Numbered from the stretch's first letter, positions 1 through 8,514 are shown. The stretch is 63,646 nt of DNA from Planctomycetota bacterium (GCA_022614705.1 JAKEIB010000030.1:1-63646); one strand, 5' to 3'. Program-made: numbers and translations. The notes: generated by a model not told the origin, from the sequence alone.

Positions 1-1
1 C

Positions 2-376
2 ACGTCGAATAGGCGCCTACGCTCATGGCGCGCGCCTTGTCCCATGATATTATGTACTTGTCCAGGCCAATGTTGCAGATTTATTGCGATGGGCCATAAT
101 TGGGACGACTTGCAGGTGCAACTTCCGGGCGGCCGGCATTGGCTTTTCACGAAGAAAGCCGAGCGATTGTACCTTGATGTGACGTACGCGCGCGGCGACG
201 TGCTGGTGTTCGGCGGCGAATCGTCGGGCCTGCCTGACTCGTTGCTGGGCGACAATCCGGACACCCAGCTGCGAATCCCCACGCGCACCGACGTGCGCAG
301 CCTCAACCTGTCTAATGCCGTCGCGGTAGCAACCTACGAAGTGCTCCGCCAGTGGCGGGGCCTAACTCAGGATTGA
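2..376 (+). CDS. trmL: SpoU/TrmL-family tRNA 2'-O-methyltransferase, 3' part (5' end outside window)
   Basis: The C-terminal GDVLVFGGESSGLP...RIPT...RSLNLSNAVAVATYEVLRQW matches the SpoU/TrmL SAM-binding knot motifs. The frame is open from nt 2. The first ~30 codons in the window match the family poorly. Confidence 0.6.
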   Translation, partial: TSNRRLRSWRAPCPMILCTCPGQCCRFIAMGHNWDDLQVQLPGGRHWLFTKKAERLYLDVTYARGDVLVFGGESSGLPDSLLGDNPDTQLRIPTRTDVRSLNLSNAVAVATYEVLRQWRGLTQD

Positions 377-477
377 CGCTCCGCCGGCTTCCCGTCAACA
401 TTGTGGCAGAGAGTAGTTAGGTGAGATGGTGCGTGGGTGAAAGCGGCGTTTGTAGCGAGCGTCGAACACAATGAATT

Positions 478-560
478 AAACCGCCAAGGACGCCAAGTTC
501 GATGCGATGACACTTCAACGTTGGCGACTTTCTTTGCGACTTGGCGTTCTTGGCGGTTCA
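478..560. repeat. Periodic-arm inverted repeat (unit CGCCAAG)
   Basis: Left arm aaaccgccaaggacgccaagt (478-498) and right arm acttggcgttcttggcggttca (539-560) are reverse complements with 1 mismatch. Extra TTGGCG units lie inside. Confidence 0.8.
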
Positions 561-574
561 ATTTGTTAGTGAAT

Positions 575-625
575 AGGTCAGGCTGTGCCTGACACTCAAA
601 AAAAGTGTCAGGCACAGCCTGACCT
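575..625. repeat. Perfect 22-bp-stem palindrome (two GTCAGGC-nnn-GCCTGAC modules)
   Basis: aggtcaggctgtgcctgacact (575-596) pairs perfectly with agtgtcaggcacagcctgacct (604-625). The loop is A-rich. It lies just upstream of the murB ATG. Confidence 0.85.
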
Positions 626-641
626 ACGGCTAGGGTTCAAT

Positions 642-1517
642 ATGGCCGCGATGAGTGGAATTGATTGCGTTCGCGAGCAAGTGCCGCTGGCCGACCGCAC
701 CTGGTTCAAGCTGGGCGGGCCCGCGCAATACTTCGCCGAACCGACATCGATCGACGAGCTGAAAGCCGTCGTCGAGCGATGCCGCGATGAGGGCCTGCAC
801 GCGCGATTGTTAGGCGGCGGCTCGAACGTGCTGGTCCGCGATGAGGGGGTCGCCGGCATGGTGATCAGCCTGGCCGATCCGAATTTTAGCCGCATCGATG
901 TGTCGGGCCACAAGGTGACGATAGGCGGCGGCGCGAACCTGGCCAACGCGATCACGGTGACGGTCGGCGCGGGCCTCGCCGGATTGGAGCCGCTCGTCGG
1001 CATCCCGGGCACGGTCGGCGGCGCGCTACATGGTAACGCGGGCAGCCACGGCGGCGACATTGGTCAATGGGCCTGCGGCGCTTCCGTCATGACGCGCGGC
1101 GGCGAAATCATTCTTCGCCAGCGGGCCGACCTCGTCTTTGCCTATCGCCAAAGCAGCCTCGACGAGCTGGCGATCCTCGAAGCCAAGTTCGAGCTGGAAC
1201 AGGAAGACCCCGTCGAAATCACCAAGCGCATGCAGAAGCAGTGGATTGTCAAAAAGGCCAACCTGCCGATGGCCCACGAGAACACCGGTTGTATTTTCAA
1301 GAATCCACGCGGCATGAGCGCGGGAATGTTGATCGATCAGTGCGGCCTCAAGGGCGAGCACGTAGGTGGCGCGGAGGTCAGCCAGCGACACGCGAATTTT
1401 TTCATCGCCCACCCCGGCGCGACCGCGAAGGACGTGCTGCAACTAATTGATCTGATTCGCAACCGAGTGGCCGAGCGGATGGGCGTCGAGCTGGAAACGG
1501 AAATTGAGATTTGGTGA
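642..1517 (+). CDS. murB: UDP-N-acetylenolpyruvoylglucosamine reductase
   Basis: FAD-binding motif LLGGGSNVLVRDEGVAGMVISL, GTVGGALHGNAGSHGG, and C-terminal GCIFKNP...AGMLIDQCGLKG...VSQRHANFF. I prefer the ATG at 642 over the upstream GTG at 585, which lies inside the palindrome. Confidence 0.9.
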   Translation: MAAMSGIDCVREQVPLADRTWFKLGGPAQYFAEPTSIDELKAVVERCRDEGLHARLLGGGSNVLVRDEGVAGMVISLADPNFSRIDVSGHKVTIGGGANLANAITVTVGAGLAGLEPLVGIPGTVGGALHGNAGSHGGDIGQWACGASVMTRGGEIILRQRADLVFAYRQSSLDELAILEAKFELEQEDPVEITKRMQKQWIVKKANLPMAHENTGCIFKNPRGMSAGMLIDQCGLKGEHVGGAEVSQRHANFFIAHPGATAKDVLQLIDLIRNRVAERMGVELETEIEIW

Positions 1518-1615
1518 CAGCCGTAGCGACAGGCGGCCCGCCTGTCGTCGCATCGTGAAAGTTGCATCGGCAGGCGAGCCGCCTGCCGCTACGCTCGTAC
1601 ACATGGAGGTGTCAC

Positions 1616-2539
1616 GTGAGCCAGCGCATCAAGCCGGATTCGCCCCCGTTGCCCGTGCTGCTGCGGCGGCTTCTGTTTCGGCCGCGCGTGTGGGCCGGGC
1701 TCGTTTTTCTGCTGGGACTGGGAGTCGGCGCTCATTTCTTGTGGCAGCGCGGGGCACCGACCATCGCACGTCATCCACAGTATCAGCTCGCGGCCGAGAG
1801 CATCCATATCACGCCGCCGCCAGCATGGATTCGCTCCGACCTCAAGTCGCAAGTGATCCGCGACGCGGGGTTGACCGCGCTTTCGGTGCTCGATGACTGG
1901 GACACGCTCTCGCGACGGGTTAAGGATGCGTTCGAGTTTCATCCCTGGGTGTCGTCGGTGGAGCGAATCACCAAGCGGCTGCCGGCGGCACTGGACATCG
2001 AGTTGACGTATCGCCGGCCGGTCGCCGCCGTGGAGTCGCGCGACTCGAGTGGCATCTCGTTCCTGCCCGTCGATGAGCGCGCCATCCGCCTGCCGGAGGG
2101 CGACCTGACGGACATCGAGCTGCGTTACTTGCCGCGCATTTCCGGAGTGACGGGCCGGCCGCTTGTGGGCGATACGTGGAATGATTTACGGGTCGTTGGC
2201 GGCGCGAAGCTGGCCGCGGCGCTCGGCGACGTGTGGCAAAAATTGCGACTCGTGGAGATCATCGCCACGATCCAAGCCGCGGGCGCCGACGATTCGCAAT
2301 CGTGCAGCTTCGACATCATCACCACCGGCGGCATGAAGGTGGTGTGGGGCACGGCCCCCGGCCAGGAGACGTCGGCCGGCGAATCCACATTCGACCAGAA
2401 GCGAAAGCGACTCCTCGACTATGCCGCCCAACACGGCCAATTCGAATCCATCGATGGCCCCGCCGCGATCGACGTCCGCAATGACCTCGTTGTCACACCG
2501 CGCACGGCCCGTAAGAAGTCGGCCACTAAAAGCAAGTGA
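1616..2539 (+). CDS. ftsQ: FtsQ-like cell division protein (single TM plus POTRA-like region)
   Basis: It follows murB as in dcw clusters. It has an N-terminal TM (WAGLVFLLGLGVGAHFLW) followed by a beta-rich periplasmic region. GTG 1616 is preceded by GGAGG at 1605-1609. The ORF is open from 1562. Confidence 0.55.
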   Translation: MSQRIKPDSPPLPVLLRRLLFRPRVWAGLVFLLGLGVGAHFLWQRGAPTIARHPQYQLAAESIHITPPPAWIRSDLKSQVIRDAGLTALSVLDDWDTLSRRVKDAFEFHPWVSSVERITKRLPAALDIELTYRRPVAAVESRDSSGISFLPVDERAIRLPEGDLTDIELRYLPRISGVTGRPLVGDTWNDLRVVGGAKLAAALGDVWQKLRLVEIIATIQAAGADDSQSCSFDIITTGGMKVVWGTAPGQETSAGESTFDQKRKRLLDYAAQHGQFESIDGPAAIDVRNDLVVTPRTARKKSATKSK

Positions 2540-2650
2540 GTTTTGCCGCGACGCGCTGCGGAGCGCGCATGTGGGCCACTGTTCGCGGCCCCGTTTTCGG
2601 TGCCGCCACGCGAATCGCACTGCTGCCGGCAAGCGAATTGAATGTTTGGG

Positions 2651-2714
2651 AGGCGACCCAGTAATTGCGGGGCATTGGTGCCCCGCAAGCAGTGGCACAC
2701 GACACAGGTCGCCT
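2651..2714. repeat. TIR-plus-hairpin element between convergent ftsQ and csrA
   Basis: Outer arms are aggcgacc (2651-2658) and ggtcgcct (2707-2714). The inner hairpin is ttgcgggg/ccccgcaa (2665-2672 / 2681-2688). Confidence 0.7.
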
Positions 2715-2718
2715 GCGT

Positions 2719-2925
2719 TTACTCGGCCACGGGCTCAGCCTGTTCCGCCGCCATCGCTTGCTCGGCGCGCCGCAGCTCCATCGCTAACTCCTCGCGCACA
2801 ACAGCCATTTCGGGCGGCGCGTCGACGCCGATTCGCACGCCGCCATGGCCAATTTTCACCACGGTTACGGTGATCTTGTCGCCGATGAGAATCCGCTCGC
2901 CGATTTTTCGACTGAGAACTAGCAC
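2719..2925 (-). CDS. csrA: Carbon storage regulator CsrA
   Basis: (M)LVLSRKIGERILIGDKITVTVVKIGHGGVRIGVDAPPEMAVVREEL is the canonical CsrA sequence. The GTG start at 2925 gives the family-typical N-terminus. The ORF-track ATG at 3030 would add an atypical 35-aa leader. Confidence 0.85.
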   Translation of the reverse strand: MLVLSRKIGERILIGDKITVTVVKIGHGGVRIGVDAPPEMAVVREELAMELRRAEQAMAAEQAEPVAE

Positions 2926-3112
2926 GTCCCTGGCCTCGCCGCCCAATTGAATGGTCCGCGATGCAACCAAACTATCGGCTACGGCACGCAGTTGCAAGCA
3001 TCCGCGCGACAAGTTGACGGATTTCGTCAACGTGCCGAAGTGTCAATCTGCGTCGACGGGGAAGACGGCGCAGAAAATGATCCTCTAGCTCCGCGCGGGG
3101 GAATTCTGCCGA

Positions 3113-4297
3113 CTACTTTGAAACATACACCACGTTCGCCGCCGCGACGGCCGCGCCGTGCTCGAATCGGTGCCCATGTTCGGCCAACAGTTGTTCGAGC
3201 GCGGCCAACAGGACCAGCACGTTGGTCTGCCGACTCGTGTAGCCCATCAGCCCGATCCGCCACACTTTGCCCTTAAACGCGCCCAGCCCGGCGCCGATCT
3301 CGATGTTGAAGCGATCCAATAGCGCTTTGCGAATGGCCGCGTCATCGACGCCGGCCGGAATCCGCACGGCGTTCAGCTGCGGCAGCGCGTGTCCGGCCTG
3401 CGTCGCGTACTCGATGCCAATCGCCGCCAGCCCAGCTTTGAGTGCTTCGTGATTTCGACGATGCCGCGCGAAGCTCGCTTCGAGCCCTTCTTCCAACAAG
3501 AGTCGCAGCGCTTCGTGCAGCGCGTAGGTCATATTGATCGGGGCCGTGTGGTGATACACGCGATCGCCGCCCCAGTAATTGGCGATCAGCGACACATCGA
3601 GATACCAGCTCCGCACCTTTTCACGACGCTTGAGAATCTTCTCGACCGCCCGATCGCTGAACGACACGGGCGCCAGGCCGGGCGGGCAGCTCAAACACTT
3701 CTGCGTGCCTGAGTACACGGCGTCGATCTGCCACTTGTCGATCTCGACCGGAATGCCGCCAAGGGCGGTGACCGTGTCGAGGATCAGCATCGCGCCAGCA
3801 TCGCGCACTGCCGCCGCGACTTCCTCGATCGGCTGCCACGCACCCGTCGATGTCTCGGCCATCACGATCGCCACCACCTTCGGCTTCACGCGCGCGAGCG
3901 CGACTTTCATTTCGGCAACGGTAAACACTTCACCCCACGGCCGCTCGATCTTCGTCACGTCGCCGCCGGCCCGCTCGGCCATGTCGGCCAGCCGCCCGCC
4001 GAACACGCCGTTCACGCAAATCATCACCCGCTCGCCGGGCTCGACTAGATTGAGCACCGTGGCCTCCTGCCCGGCCGAACCCGTGCCGCTGATCGCCATC
4101 GTCATGCGATTCTTCGTGCGGAACACGTCGCGCAGCATCGACTGCAGCTCGTCCATGATCGTCAAATAATACGGATCCAAATGCCCAACCGTAGGCCGAC
4201 CGAGCGCTTCGAGCACGCGCGGATGGATGTCGCTGGGGCCGGGGCCCATCAACGTGCGAACGGGAGGCGTTACGGCATCAGGGATCGCTCGTGTCAT
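3113..4297 (-). CDS. Class V aminotransferase (serine-pyruvate / alanine-glyoxylate aminotransferase family)
   Basis: [19 protein letters not shown] is the PLP-lysine region. The layout is AGXT-like overall and the length is 394 aa. Confidence 0.85.
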   Translation of the reverse strand: MTRAIPDAVTPPVRTLMGPGPSDIHPRVLEALGRPTVGHLDPYYLTIMDELQSMLRDVFRTKNRMTMAISGTGSAGQEATVLNLVEPGERVMICVNGVFGGRLADMAERAGGDVTKIERPWGEVFTVAEMKVALARVKPKVVAIVMAETSTGAWQPIEEVAAAVRDAGAMLILDTVTALGGIPVEIDKWQIDAVYSGTQKCLSCPPGLAPVSFSDRAVEKILKRREKVRSWYLDVSLIANYWGGDRVYHHTAPINMTYALHEALRLLLEEGLEASFARHRRNHEALKAGLAAIGIEYATQAGHALPQLNAVRIPAGVDDAAIRKALLDRFNIEIGAGLGAFKGKVWRIGLMGYTSRQTNVLVLLAALEQLLAEHGHRFEHGAAVAAANVVYVSK

Positions 4298-4332
4298 GGG
4301 TTAACTCAAGGTTTACGGGAATGCATTCGGAA

Positions 4333-4470
4333 TTGTCCGCAGATGAACGCAGATGAACGCAGATGGGATGTGTTTGATACGCTGGAAACTCGACGTTGAA
4401 CGAGCGATGTCCCGCCAATTTGCCGATTCAAAACGAATCTGCGTCCATCTGCGTTTATCTGCGGACAAAC
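4333..4470. repeat. Periodic-arm inverted repeat (unit CGCAGATGAA)
   Basis: Left arm ttgtccgcagatgaacgcagatgaacgcagatgg (4333-4366). Right arm aatctgcgtccatctgcgtttatctgcggacaaac (4436-4470). Confidence 0.85.
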
Positions 4471-4481
4471 ATTCATTAAAG

Positions 4482-5126
4482 TCAGGACGGCGGTTTCTCT
4501 TTCGCCAGTGTGCTAATCTTCTTGAATTCCGGTGCCTCGGCCGTGCGGCACCACTCGAACATCGCGGCCTCCGTGGTGGTGAGAATCACGCCGGCGGATT
4601 CCATCCGCCGCAGGGCCGTTTCGTGGTCGACGGCGTGCCGCGCCCCGACCGCGTCGACCGCCACATACGGCTCAAACCCGGCCGCCACGAGGTCGAGGGC
4701 CGTTTGCATGATGCACACGTGCGTTTCGATGCCGCACACCAGCACGCGATAGCGGTTGTCGCTTTTCCAACCCTCGAAGAAGTCGCCGCACACGCACGAG
4801 CTGAAGCACCGTTTATCGGCCACCGTGCCGATTCGCTCTTTCAATTCGGGCACCGTCGGGCTGAGTCGTTCCGGATACTGTTCCGTGGCCGCGATCGGAA
4901 CGCCCAGCGCGGCGGCCGCGTCGAGCAGCCGGCGAATGTTCCATACGATCCGCTCACTGCCCGGTATGATTTCGAGGAACTTCACTTGCGCATCGACCAC
5001 CAACAGCGCCGAGTCCTCGCGGTTCATCAGCTCTGGACTGCGCGGAAATGCAGTGGATTTGTCGGCCTTTTCAACCGGCTTCGATCCCATGCGTTCAAAG
5101 TTAACCCCTGGCTGCTCGCGCCACAA
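4482..5126 (-). CDS. Isochorismatase-family cysteine hydrolase
   Basis: SALLVVDAQ near the N-terminus and catalytic-cysteine motif CGIETHVCIMQTALDL. The start is uncertain (in-frame ATGs at 5126, 5090 and 5027). Confidence 0.8.
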   Translation of the reverse strand: MWREQPGVNFERMGSKPVEKADKSTAFPRSPELMNREDSALLVVDAQVKFLEIIPGSERIVWNIRRLLDAAAALGVPIAATEQYPERLSPTVPELKERIGTVADKRCFSSCVCGDFFEGWKSDNRYRVLVCGIETHVCIMQTALDLVAAGFEPYVAVDAVGARHAVDHETALRRMESAGVILTTTEAAMFEWCRTAEAPEFKKISTLAKEKPPS

Positions 5127-5158
5127 TGGGCAACAATGTACTTTCGATCGGGAGAATT

Positions 5159-5304
5159 TCTCACGCAGAGGCGCTGAGGACGCGGAGTATCAAGAATATA
5201 TTCGCAAAGCCCTGCGGCGCAAAAAGCAGCTGTAGGTCTTGGCGTTTAACCTGTTGAATCGCAGTTGCCGTCTCTCTCCGCGAACTCCGCGCCTCTGCGT
5301 GAGA
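5159..5304. repeat. Periodic-arm inverted repeat (CTCACGCA subfamily)
   Basis: Left arm tctcacgcagaggcgctgaggacgcggag (5159-5187). Right arm ctccgcgaactccgcgcctctgcgtgaga (5276-5304). Confidence 0.8.
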
Positions 5305-5339
5305 TGATTATTCGAACAGGCGACGATAGTCCATCGACG

Positions 5340-5894
5340 ATGAGTCACAACATTTTGAAAATGCGTTCCACGACCATCCTCACCGTGCGTCACAAGGGCC
5401 GCGTTGCCATCGGCGGCGATGGGCAAGTTAGTCTTGGCGATACGGTGATGAAAGCCGACGCCGTGAAGATTCGCCCGCTGGCCGATGGTCGCGTGATTGC
5501 CGGTTTCGCCGGCGGCGCGGCCGACGCCTTCGCGTTGCTCGAGCGCTTTGAAGCCAAATTAAAAGACTACCCGGCCAACATGCCGCGCGCCGCCACCGAG
5601 CTGGCCAAGGAGTGGCGCACCGACCGCGCGCTGCGTCGGCTCGAAGCGATGATCGCGGTGGTCGACGCCGAGCACACGCTACTCGTCTCCGGCACGGGCG
5701 ACGTCATCCAGCCAACCGACGGAATCCTGGGCATCGGCTCCGGCGGCAACTACGCCAAAGCGGCCGCCAAGGCGCTCGTCGGCCACTCCAATTTGTCGGC
5801 CGCCGAAATCGTCCGCACCGCCCTGGAAATCGCCGGCGATATCTGCGTGTATTCCAACCGAAACATCATCGTCGAAGAACTACCCACGTCCTGA
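5340..5894 (+). CDS. hslV: ATP-dependent protease subunit HslV
   Basis: [26 protein letters not shown]...[10 protein letters not shown]...GIGSGGNYA, with the N-terminal Thr nucleophile context. The upstream part of the ORF (from 5265) runs through the repeat arm. Confidence 0.9.
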   Translation: MSHNILKMRSTTILTVRHKGRVAIGGDGQVSLGDTVMKADAVKIRPLADGRVIAGFAGGAADAFALLERFEAKLKDYPANMPRAATELAKEWRTDRALRRLEAMIAVVDAEHTLLVSGTGDVIQPTDGILGIGSGGNYAKAAAKALVGHSNLSAAEIVRTALEIAGDICVYSNRNIIVEELPTS

Positions 5895-5911
5895 AATTAA
5901 AAAACGTCGCA

Positions 5912-6058
5912 TAACCACAAAGGCACGAAGAACACGAAGTTTCTTTCGACAGGATTCACAGGATCGACAGGATTTGATCACATTTCAATCCCGTTGATTC
6001 TGTTAATTCAGTCAAATTGATGTTTGACTTCGTGTCCTTCGTGCCTTCGTGGTTAAAC
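5912..6058. repeat. Nested periodic-arm inverted repeat (TAACCACA subfamily) in the hslV-hslU spacer
   Basis: Outer arms are taaccacaaaggcacgaagaacacgaag (5912-5939) and cttcgtgtccttcgtgccttcgtggttaaac (6028-6058). An inner second pair is built on ACAGGAT units. Confidence 0.85.
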
Positions 6059-6074
6059 AAAAAGTAGTACAGCT

Positions 6075-7418
6075 GTGAGAGAACTCACCCCCCGCCAGAT
6101 TGTTACCGAACTCGACCGCCACATCGTCGGCCAGAACGACGCCAAACGCGCCGTCGCGATTGCGATTCGCAATCGTTGGCGACGTCAGCAGCTTGAAGAC
6201 GACATGCGCGACGAGGTCGCGCCCAAGAACATTCTCATGATTGGCCCAACCGGCGTCGGCAAAACCGAGATCGCTCGCCGGCTGGCCACGCTCACTGGCG
6301 CCCCGTTCATCAAGGTCGAGGCCACGAAGTACACCGAAGTCGGCTACTACGGCCGTGACGTCGAGAGCATGGTCCGCGAGCTGGTCGAAAATGCCATTGG
6401 TCTGGTGCGCGAGAAAGAGCTGGAGCGCGTCGAGCCGGAGGCCGAGCGGCGCGTTGAGGAAAAGCTGCTCGATCTATTAGCCCCGCAGCCGGCCAGCTTC
6501 GACGTCGGCGTCGATTCGCCCAATTCGCCGGAGCGTTTCGAACGCACCCGCGAAAAAATGCGGGCAATGCTCGTCGGCGGCGAGATGGAGAATCGCACGG
6601 TCGAAATCACGATCGAGCAGAAGGCCCACGCGATGATGATCCCCGGCATGGGTCCCGGCGGCGATTCGCTCGACTTCGATTTTCAAGGCATGCTCGAAAA
6701 AGTGCTGCCCAAAAGCGTGTCGCGCCGGCAGATGACCGTGGCCGAGGCCCGCCGCGTGCTGTTCGAACAGGAGACCGAGGCGATGATCAACGCCGAGAAG
6801 GTCAACTCCCAGGCGATCGAGCTGGCCGAGAACGTCGGCATCATCTTCGTCGACGAGATGGACAAGGTCGTCGCCAGCGAAGGTGGCCGCGGAGCCGACG
6901 TCTCGCGCCAGGGCGTGCAGCGCGACCTGCTGCCGATCGTCGAAGGCACTGTCGTCAATACGCGCTACGGCTACGTTCGCACCGACCACGTCCTATTCAT
7001 CGCCGCCGGCGCGTTCCACAAGGTGAAGCCCAGCGACCTCATGCCCGAGCTGCAAGGCCGCTTTCCGATCCGCGTCGAACTGAAGGACCTCACCAAGGAC
7101 GACTTTGTCCGCATCCTCACCGAGCCCAAGAGCTCGCTCACGAAACAGTACGCCGCCCTCATGAAAACCGAAAGCGTCGACATCGACTTCGCACCCGACG
7201 CCGTCGACGCCCTGGCCTGCTACGCCTACGACGTAAACCAGCGCACGCAAAACATCGGCGCCCGCCGGCTCTATACGATTCTGGAACGCCTGCTCGAAGA
7301 ACTCTCCTTCGAAGCCCCCGACATGCACATGGGCCGCGTCGAAATCAACGCGGCGTACGTGAAAGAGCGGCTGGAGGAGGTTTCGAAGGATGAAGATTTG
7401 AGTAAGTTTATTCTCTAG
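6075..7418 (+). CDS. hslU: ATP-dependent protease ATPase subunit HslU
   Basis: LTPRQIVTELDRHIVGQ, Walker A GPTGVGKTEIARRLA, Walker B IIFVDEMDK, and a typical C-terminus. The start is GTG. Confidence 0.95.
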   Translation: MRELTPRQIVTELDRHIVGQNDAKRAVAIAIRNRWRRQQLEDDMRDEVAPKNILMIGPTGVGKTEIARRLATLTGAPFIKVEATKYTEVGYYGRDVESMVRELVENAIGLVREKELERVEPEAERRVEEKLLDLLAPQPASFDVGVDSPNSPERFERTREKMRAMLVGGEMENRTVEITIEQKAHAMMIPGMGPGGDSLDFDFQGMLEKVLPKSVSRRQMTVAEARRVLFEQETEAMINAEKVNSQAIELAENVGIIFVDEMDKVVASEGGRGADVSRQGVQRDLLPIVEGTVVNTRYGYVRTDHVLFIAAGAFHKVKPSDLMPELQGRFPIRVELKDLTKDDFVRILTEPKSSLTKQYAALMKTESVDIDFAPDAVDALACYAYDVNQRTQNIGARRLYTILERLLEELSFEAPDMHMGRVEINAAYVKERLEEVSKDEDLSKFIL

Positions 7419-7438
7419 TCTCTAGCGAGGGCATTGCG

Positions 7439-7798
7439 ATGCCATTGGCCGATCTGACCGCTACTGCGGCGACAATTCAAGAGTGGGCGGAGAATACAGG
7501 ACTCCTCAAAACGGCAAAGGAATTGTGCCGCGACTACATTGCAAAGAATGCAGGCACTCCCAGCTTGGGTGATTTTGCGGCCGACGAGGTGAAGATCTCG
7601 TTTTCTCGCCAGGTGCTCGTATTTCGCACATCGTCGAAAATCACGTCGCCATCGATCCGGACTGAGCTTTCACTGATGGTGTATAAGGGCCACGCTGAAT
7701 TGGGCAAGTTCGTCCTAATTAGTGACCTCACGGGAAAGACCGAATACACGCAGGCGGATATCGACGGCGAGATTGCGCGCGGCAGCCGGAAAAAGTGA
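7439..7798 (+). CDS. Hypothetical protein (119 aa)
   Basis: Open frame 21 nt after hslU. The composition is visibly less GC-rich than the surroundings. No recognisable motif. Confidence 0.4.
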   Translation: MPLADLTATAATIQEWAENTGLLKTAKELCRDYIAKNAGTPSLGDFAADEVKISFSRQVLVFRTSSKITSPSIRTELSLMVYKGHAELGKFVLISDLTGKTEYTQADIDGEIARGSRKK

Positions 7799-7832
7799 AA
7801 GTCGACAAAAAGTGGGATTGTGCGTACGTTTA

Positions 7833-7890
7833 CGCCGAAGGCGTTTAACTCCAAAGCCCAGGGTCGCCGCGGTAGCGGCGCACCCTGGGT
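7833..7890. repeat. REP hairpin, left copy
   Basis: cgccgaaggcgtttaactccaaagcccagggtcgccgcggtagcggcgcaccctgggt. It contains the small hairpin cgcc-gaa-ggcg and a long stem cccagggtcgccgc/gcggcg(c)accctggg. Confidence 0.85.
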
Positions 7891-7947
7891 GATGGTTTAC
7901 CACACCACGGGATACCCTGAAAGGGTTTTACTCCGAGGGCTATAGCC

Positions 7948-8403
7948 GTGTCGCAATCGCTCGCCCAAATCTATATCCACATTGTGTTCTCGACCAAAAA
8001 CCGCCAACCCTTCTTGAAGGACCGCGCATTTCGCGAGCGCACACATGCTTATTTGAAAGGCATCTGCGAAAATCAAGGCTCTCCATCGCTGCGTGTTGGC
8101 GGCGTGGAGGATCACGTTCATATCCTGTGCCGGTTGTCGAAAACTCTGGATGTGTCCACGTTGATTCGTGAGTTGAAACGCGACTCTTCGAAGTGGATTA
8201 AAGAAACCAACGCGCTCCTCGCCGATTTCTATTGGCAACAAGGCTATGGCGCGTTCTCAGTAAGCCCGTCACATGTTCCCGGTCTGGACGAGTACATCGG
8301 CAACCAAGACGATCACCATCGTCATGAATCCTATCAGGACGAGTTTCGCCGATTGTGCAAGAAATATGGAATTGAGATCGATGAACGATATGTTTGGGAT
8401 TAA
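7948..8403 (+). CDS. IS200/IS605-family Y1 (HUH) transposase, REP-associated tyrosine transposase type
   Basis: IYIHIVFSTKNRQPFL, HUH motif EDHVHILCRLS, and a catalytic-Tyr region YWQQGYGAFSV. It is 151 aa with a GTG start. Confidence 0.85.
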   Translation: MSQSLAQIYIHIVFSTKNRQPFLKDRAFRERTHAYLKGICENQGSPSLRVGGVEDHVHILCRLSKTLDVSTLIRELKRDSSKWIKETNALLADFYWQQGYGAFSVSPSHVPGLDEYIGNQDDHHRHESYQDEFRRLCKKYGIEIDERYVWD

Positions 8404-8457
8404 CCCGCGTGATTGTGTAACACCTTCGGCGTAAGATCAACGGCGAACGGATCAGTT

Positions 8458-8514
8458 ACCCAGGGTGCGCCGCATCGCGGCGACCCTGGGCTTTGGAGTG
8501 AAACGCCTTCGGCG
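8458..8514. repeat. REP hairpin, right copy (inverted)
   Basis: acccagggtgcgccgcatcgcggcgaccctgggctttggagtgaaacgccttcggcg equals the reverse complement of the left copy except for about 4 positions. Confidence 0.85.

Larger units (their letters stand above)
7833..8514 (+). mobile_element. REPtron-like unit: RAYT (Y1 transposase) flanked by inverted REP hairpins
   Basis: The 58-nt left repeat (7833-7890) and 57-nt right repeat (8458-8514) are near-perfect reverse complements and bracket the transposase gene. Confidence 0.8.

Noticed and set aside
2-110. Possible frameshift or pseudogenisation of the trmL-like gene
   Set aside because: The first ~30 in-window codons align poorly to TrmL, and another frame shows weak similarity. 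However, the frame is open from the window edge, the C-terminal two thirds are well conserved, and the 5' end is missing. This cannot be decided from the window.
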